DNA of 64,000 nt from Thermoanaerobaculia bacterium (GTDB taxonomy: Bacteria > Acidobacteriota > Thermoanaerobaculia > Multivoradales > Multivoraceae): contig OY761158.1 in assembly GCA_963664405.1 (NCBI GenBank), positions 992,001 to 1,056,000 on the forward strand, given 5' to 3'. Position 1 is the stretch's first letter. The number at the start of each line of letters is the position of its first letter. The notes below the pieces were generated by a model. The model had not been told where the DNA came from. It did no database searches and worked only from the letters and a program-made list of their open reading frames with translations. The position numbers and the translations under genes are program-made. Shown here one piece after another: positions 58,918 to 64,000 of the stretch.

Positions 58918-59490
58918 CTAGCGCTCAGGAAATTGAGCCAAGATCCGCTTCGCGGCCTTGCGCGCCTTCTTCCAGATCTTTTCCGTATCCAGCCGGCCCG
59001 CGATGTCCATGTCATCGGCACCGGCCCAGAAGGGCTCTTCCTCGCCGGCTTCGTGCATGCGAATCACCAGGACGCCCTGCGAGGCACCTCCTCCTCCTCC
59101 ACCTCCTGGGTCAAAGCCTTCCCAGACGGCGTGCTTGCCTACCTCTTCGCGCACTCCAGCGACTCCCAGCGTGTCAGCGATCTGATTGTCAAATGTGACT
59201 AGAAAGTCCGGACTCTCACTGACCTTCTCGAAGCCCTTTTCAGCCAGGCTCTCGACGATCAGAGAACGGAGTCTAGGGAAGATAATCGGAGCATAGGGTC
59301 CCGCCTCGGTTCGGGACTCGTGCATGAAGAAGTCGTAGGTCCGAACCCCAGCGAAGTCGAAATCCTGGTCCTGGGCTGTCCGAACCTTGGCCGCCTCGGC
59401 GCCCGCCGAGAGAAAAAGAACTGCCAGCAGAGCCAACACGACGGAGTGGACACCAGCGATCGAGGGCGCGATCCGAGAGTGCGTCAACAT
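58918..59490 (-). CDS. secreted DUF4136-like protein (paralog of 45580-46158)
   Basis: AEAAKVR, TYDFF, PDFLVTFD, GVLVIRMHE, GRLDTEKIWKK. Confidence 0.75.
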   Translation of the reverse strand: MLTHSRIAPSIAGVHSVVLALLAVLFLSAGAEAAKVRTAQDQDFDFAGVRTYDFFMHESRTEAGPYAPIIFPRLRSLIVESLAEKGFEKVSESPDFLVTFDNQIADTLGVAGVREEVGKHAVWEGFDPGGGGGGGASQGVLVIRMHEAGEEEPFWAGADDMDIAGRLDTEKIWKKARKAAKRILAQFPER

Positions 59491-59545
59491 GGCCTTGCAA
59501 CTCTAGCAGCCATGTCGTCGATATCCAGTACCATCGAGCAATCAG

Positions 59546-60445
59546 ATGCCGACCCTGCGTCAGATCGCTGCGCTCCTCTTAGCACTCCTGGTGCCAATCG
59601 GAAGCGCCACAGCTCAGGAGCTCGAGCCCCGTGCCTACCGGAGTCTCCCCACCGGGCTGAACTTCCTCGTCATAGGCTACGGATCCTCCACCGGCAACGT
59701 GCTTTTCGACACCTCGATCCCGATCGAGGACCTCCGCGCAGAGGTCGACACGACCACCGTCGCCTACCTGCGCTCGCTGTCGATCCTGGGCCGCTCCGCT
59801 TCGATACGAGCAGCCGTTCCCTTCGTCTCGGCAAGCGCCTCTGGTCGTTTCGAGGGAGAGTTCCTCGGCGGCAGCCGCTCGGCACTCGCCGACGCTCGAT
59901 TTCAGGTCGCGGTCAACCTGCTTGGCGCTCCGGCGCTGCCTCCTGACGACTTCGCTCGCTACCGGCAACGGAGAAATATCGGCGTCAGTCTCACCGTCGC
60001 GGCACCTACCGGGCAGTACGACTCCGATCGCATCATCAACTTCGGATCCAACCGCTGGTCGTTCAAACCGGAGATCGGATACTCGAGCCGCCGGGGCCGC
60101 TGGACCTTCGAGACTGCCCTCGGAGTCTGGCTCTTCACCGACAACAACGATTTTGTAGGCGCGACCCGCGAGCAGGATCCGATCGGCAGTCTTCAATTCC
60201 ATTTGAGTTACGACTTCAAGCCCGGTCTCTGGCTGGGGCTGGCGAGCAATTACTACACCGGCGGGCGGACGACCGTTGCTGACGCGAAGAGAGGGGATCT
60301 GCAGAAGAATTCACGGATCGGTCTGACCCTCTCCCTGCCGGTAGCCAAGGCCCAGTCGATCCAGCTGCAGGCCCACACGGGAGCATTCACCCGCGTCGGC
60401 GCCGACTTCGATACCGCCGCGGTTGCGTATCAGCTGCGGTGGTGA
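59546..60445 (+). CDS. outer-membrane beta-barrel transporter (SphA/MetA-pathway-like)
   Basis: AQELEPRAY, PTGQYD...NFGSNRW, C-terminal YQLRW. Confidence 0.75.
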   Translation: MPTLRQIAALLLALLVPIGSATAQELEPRAYRSLPTGLNFLVIGYGSSTGNVLFDTSIPIEDLRAEVDTTTVAYLRSLSILGRSASIRAAVPFVSASASGRFEGEFLGGSRSALADARFQVAVNLLGAPALPPDDFARYRQRRNIGVSLTVAAPTGQYDSDRIINFGSNRWSFKPEIGYSSRRGRWTFETALGVWLFTDNNDFVGATREQDPIGSLQFHLSYDFKPGLWLGLASNYYTGGRTTVADAKRGDLQKNSRIGLTLSLPVAKAQSIQLQAHTGAFTRVGADFDTAAVAYQLRW

Positions 60446-60560
60446 TGGGGGAGGTGGGCTGGAAGACTTGATCGATTACCCCTCACCCGATATTCTCTCC
60501 CCTTACCGTTCACAGTTCGCCGGTCACCGATTACTAATTACTCCAGACGGAGGCTGCAGA

Positions 60561-61163
60561 ATGAAGACTGGAAATCGAAGAGTTGCGTCGATTGCAAAAG
60601 CCGTTGCCGTGTTCCTCGTTGGCGTGTTGGTTGCCACCGCTCCGGTGGCGGCACAGAAGAAGAAAAAGAACCCGAACGAAGAGCGCTACAAGGCCATCGC
60701 TATGGGAACAGGCCATACTGGCGCGGCAGCGGGACACGCCGGATTCATCGAATTCACCATCACACGCTTTACCACGCCAGAAGAGCGGGCGAAGATCCTC
60801 GAGGTCATGGCAACCAATGACGGCAACAAGATCACAAGCTATCTCGAAGATCTGCCTGCAGTAGGCCGCATCAACTTGCAGGGCCGGAGAGGCGAAGACC
60901 TTCGCTATGCCTACGAGTTCATGGACGGAGACAAGCGAACGATCGTGGTGGCCTCCGACCGCCCAGTCGCGTCCCTGAATCTTGTCCATAGCCCGGGCAT
61001 CGAATACCTGATCGCCGTTGGCATTCTGAACTTCGACGAGAAGGGCAACGGCACAGGGCAGCTAATGCCGGCCATCGAGCTCGAGATAAAAGACGGTCGC
61101 CTCGACGTCATAGCATCCGCCGCCGACCCTCTCAAGCTGACGAAGATCACGCGGGAGAAGTGA
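60561..61163 (+). CDS. secreted hypothetical protein
   Basis: GGAGG RBS, signal peptide ending VAAQ; DLRYA, VASDRP. Confidence 0.7.
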   Translation: MKTGNRRVASIAKAVAVFLVGVLVATAPVAAQKKKKNPNEERYKAIAMGTGHTGAAAGHAGFIEFTITRFTTPEERAKILEVMATNDGNKITSYLEDLPAVGRINLQGRRGEDLRYAYEFMDGDKRTIVVASDRPVASLNLVHSPGIEYLIAVGILNFDEKGNGTGQLMPAIELEIKDGRLDVIASAADPLKLTKITREK

Positions 61164-61262
61164 AGAGGAAGTAAGCAGTGTAAAGGCAAGTAAGCAGTAA
61201 GCAGTCCGGAGAGAGAAGACTCTTCTTACTGTTTACTGCTTACTTGCTTACTGCTCACTTCT
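61159..61262. repeat. inverted heptamer array between convergent genes
   Basis: GAAGTAAGCAGTGTAAAGGCAAGTAAGCAGTAAGCAGT ... TTACTGTTTACTGCTTACTTGCTTACTGCTCACTTC. Confidence 0.75.
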
Positions 61263-61270
61263 TAAAGCCC

Positions 61271-63673
61271 TCAGCGACGGCGAAACCCGCCGCCGCCACG
61301 AGAGCGGCCCCCGCCGTACCCTCCAGAGGAGCGACCGTAGGAGCCGCTGTAGCCGCCCGAGGAGCGCCAGCTGCTCGAGCTGGTCGCTCGGCTGCTGCCT
61401 CGGTCACGGCTCGAAGCACTCCGGTTCAAGTCCGAGACGACGTCGCTGCTTCGACGTTGGGTTCCCTGGGTGGTCGAGGCCCGATCGCTAGCCGCTTGAC
61501 GCTGCTGGTCGCTGACATTGCCCCCGCGATCTTGCGCCGCGTCTCCCGCGCGATCGCGCGCCGCGTCGCGCTGAGACCCGTCCCCTTCAACGCCTTCCCA
61601 ACCGCCGTCGCCATACTTGGACCAACCGCCCTCTTCACCACGCCGATACACCTCTCCATCGCGACCGACATAGAGGTTGTCTTCGCCTTTGACGATGCCG
61701 GCCCGCGAATCTCCCCGGCGCACGCCGATGGCGCCGGTACCCTCTGAGGTGCGAACGCCGCGCACCGTCCCGCGCTCGTCCGAGTAATAGCCGCCCTTGG
61801 CCCACTGGTCCCCGCGCTTCACCACACCCTCACCCCACGAGGAGTAGGGATCGGCGGACCGGTAGCCGCCGGCGCTGACCCCCGTGCGGGGATTGTAAGC
61901 CGTGCCCCACTTACTGGCACCACCGTAGCCATAGGCGTATCCACCACGAGCGTAGGTCCCAGTTCTCGGGTTGTAGGCAGCACCGACACCGACTCCACCG
62001 TAGGGTCCGTAAGCCGCATAGCCGCGCCCGTAAAAGCCGGTATTGGGGTTGTACCAGCTACCGGCACCGTAACTGTAGGGATAGGGATAGTAGATCGGGT
62101 ACGGGTAGTAGTAGGGGTTGTAGTACGGCGGGTAGTACCAGCCGGTCCCGAAGACGACCACGCCCGCGGTCACGTACATGCCCATGTAGCCCGGCGTGTA
62201 GCCATAAGTAACCGTGTCCGGCGTCTGGTCGTAGACGTAGACGTAGCTCGTGTGATGCACGGGCGAGTCCGCCGGGATGTCGTAGATCTCGTCGGGAACA
62301 GCCGTCGCGACCTGCCACGGGCCGGCCGGTGCCGAGCCAGTGAACCAAACGCCTTGATTGCACAGATAGTAGACGTCGCCCTGGCGAATCACGTCAGAGG
62401 CGGTGTTTACCGCATAGGCCAAGCCGGTACCTTCAATGTTGCGAAACTCGGGGTCTCCGACATAGGACACCTCGACACCCTTCGCCGCCGCTGCACGATC
62501 AACGGTGGCCAGGGTCGGGATCTGTGCCTCCAGCACGGCTTCTTCAGCCATTCGCGTGCCCGGTACCGAGGCGAGAACATGGCCCTTGGGATGACCCTCT
62601 GGGATTTCCGCCAACGCCGAGGGGATGCTATCCATCGCACTCTGCCACGGGCCCTCGGGCCCCGCAGCCCGAAACCACCGGCCGGAGACCAGGTAGTAGT
62701 ACTGCTGCTCGCCAATCACGAAAAAGAGATCGCTCTCAGTGTTGCTGACGAAAAGTAGGTCGGTATCGTTGATCGGCTCGAGCGCAGGATCGCCATCGAC
62801 AGCGATGAGCTCGGCGGGCTCCAGAGTCACGAAGAAGCGCGGCGGGGCGGCGGCGAGAGTTCGCGGTGGAATCGTGGCGAGTACCTCGCGGAAGTCTCCC
62901 GTCGCCGGCAGCTTGCGAATCGGTTTCGGTAGGTCGAGCGTCGCCGTCCACGGGCCTTCGATGGTGGTGGCCGTGTACCAGTAGCTGCCGTCACGAAGAT
63001 AGAAGGCCTGCTTCTTGGCGCCTTCCTTGCCATGACGGAAAACGTCCCAGTTGGTGTTGGCGGCAAAGAAGCCCTTGGACTTCTCCATATCTATCGGCAC
63101 CCAGACCGGCTCGCCGTCGAAGATCACGAGACGTGCAGCGGCGGTGCTGTAGAAAATCTTCGGAGGATCATCTTTGACCTTCACCTCTCGTACGCTCAGC
63201 TCCGAGTGGTCCATGGCAGCGGTGATGCGATCCAGAGAGAGGGCGACAGGCTCGGGGGGGAAGAGCTTGTGCAGCTCCTCTCTCATCCGCTCTTGGGTTA
63301 CGCCCTCCAAGGCGGGGAAGCGAACGTCGACAATCTCGACGCCATGGATATAGACGGTGCGGCTCTCCGAATCGACGTCGGTGTCGCCGCGCAGGCGAAG
63401 CGCCCCGACTACCGGCTCCTCCAGAGCCTCCGCACTCAGCACCAGAGCCATCGACACATCCAGCTTGCGAAACTTCTCCCAGGAGTGAATCTGTGGCTGG
63501 TAGATGGTCAGCGAGAAGTGGTCACCTTCTCGCACCCGCGGCCAGCCCTCATCGACAAGAGACGTGACCCCAGCCTCTTCGCTGGTCTCTTGAGCAGTGC
63601 TTACGCCCAAGGCTACCAGGGCCACGGCCGCCATTACGCACAAGGCGAGTTTCGATCGAGCTGTCATTTCCAA
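61271..63673 (-). CDS. large secreted protein with repeated Y-x-x-x-x-G-x-W...GPW modules and Tyr/Pro/Gly-rich, RGG-rich tail
   Basis: Signal peptide; three WF/WY...GPW repeats; YYPPYYNPYYYP; YNPRTG repeats; RSRGGGGFRRR end. Confidence 0.8.
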   Translation of the reverse strand: MEMTARSKLALCVMAAVALVALGVSTAQETSEEAGVTSLVDEGWPRVREGDHFSLTIYQPQIHSWEKFRKLDVSMALVLSAEALEEPVVGALRLRGDTDVDSESRTVYIHGVEIVDVRFPALEGVTQERMREELHKLFPPEPVALSLDRITAAMDHSELSVREVKVKDDPPKIFYSTAAARLVIFDGEPVWVPIDMEKSKGFFAANTNWDVFRHGKEGAKKQAFYLRDGSYWYTATTIEGPWTATLDLPKPIRKLPATGDFREVLATIPPRTLAAAPPRFFVTLEPAELIAVDGDPALEPINDTDLLFVSNTESDLFFVIGEQQYYYLVSGRWFRAAGPEGPWQSAMDSIPSALAEIPEGHPKGHVLASVPGTRMAEEAVLEAQIPTLATVDRAAAAKGVEVSYVGDPEFRNIEGTGLAYAVNTASDVIRQGDVYYLCNQGVWFTGSAPAGPWQVATAVPDEIYDIPADSPVHHTSYVYVYDQTPDTVTYGYTPGYMGMYVTAGVVVFGTGWYYPPYYNPYYYPYPIYYPYPYSYGAGSWYNPNTGFYGRGYAAYGPYGGVGVGAAYNPRTGTYARGGYAYGYGGASKWGTAYNPRTGVSAGGYRSADPYSSWGEGVVKRGDQWAKGGYYSDERGTVRGVRTSEGTGAIGVRRGDSRAGIVKGEDNLYVGRDGEVYRRGEEGGWSKYGDGGWEGVEGDGSQRDAARDRAGDAAQDRGGNVSDQQRQAASDRASTTQGTQRRSSDVVSDLNRSASSRDRGSSRATSSSSWRSSGGYSGSYGRSSGGYGGGRSRGGGGFRRR

Positions 63674-63681
63674 GTCTCCTA

Positions 63682-63999
63682 CTACCGACGACTCGCCGGG
63701 TTGCTCGGCGGATCGATGAATTCGTTCGTCTTCTCTACCCGAACAAGCGGCAGAGCATCGGAGATTCCCGCCTTGATCAAGACTTCCATCTGATTCTCGA
63801 GCTGGAAGAAGCGACCCACCGTCTTCGCCGGCAGCTCATCCAGGAAGCGAGCGACCCATCGGCTCTTGGTGTCGAGCTCCTCCTGGCGAAGGGCGAGAAA
63901 CTCGTCGAGGAGCTCTGTTGCTTCTTCGTCGCTAAGGGTGCGGTAGCTAGAGACAAATCTTTCGTACAGGTCGACGGCCCAGTCGCCAACGTAAGTGAC
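63682..63999 (-). CDS. 3' part of an alpha-helical hypothetical protein (runs off the window)
   Basis: Open frame not in the ORF track: ...LSDEEATELLDEF...ELPAKTVGRFFQLENQM...; TAG at 63682-63684. Confidence 0.6.
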   Translation of the reverse strand, partial: VTYVGDWAVDLYERFVSSYRTLSDEEATELLDEFLALRQEELDTKSRWVARFLDELPAKTVGRFFQLENQMEVLIKAGISDALPLVRVEKTNEFIDPPSNPASRR

Positions 64000-64000
64000 A

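Overview
GC-rich bacterial chromosomal window. The sulfatase-like, DUF4097, PQQ-dehydrogenase and kinase-propeller genes suggest an Acidobacteriota-like host; this is inference. No rRNA, tRNA or CRISPR array was seen. (1) 1-16.5 kb: housekeeping and metabolic genes (typA, acuI-like, a MazF-type TA pair, proC, a membrane-anchored MutS-like ATPase). This part hides a selenoprotein split by the ORF caller at an in-frame UGA (7716-9035; signal peptide + thioredoxin CxxU + CxxCH + PDZ-like), translationally coupled to a DsbD-alpha-like secreted protein. (2) 16.5-23.9 kb: an IS graveyard (IS481, IS6, two IS903-like IS5 copies, IS91 and integrase remnants) carrying one intact MBL-fold hydrolase and truncating a GH3 gene. 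(3) 23.9-41.7 kb: ordinary metabolic and envelope genes (ilvD, S9 peptidase, GT4 + WcaJ-like, acyl-CoA dehydrogenase, PQQ dehydrogenase). (4) 41.8-64 kb: an envelope island with three DUF4136-like paralogs, beta-barrels, an RND pump, and a STEAP-like reductase + DUF3604 + PPIase-like + HupE/UreJ module, plus several internally deleted gene remnants. Three separate families of intergenic repeats are visible: ~166-bp CTAG-bounded hairpins with a conserved core, a bipartite palindrome + GCGCCGAGGACGGCGC element, and inverted CAGTAAG heptamer arrays, two of which appear to encode signal-peptide h-regions. All product calls come from motif recognition by eye, not database searches.
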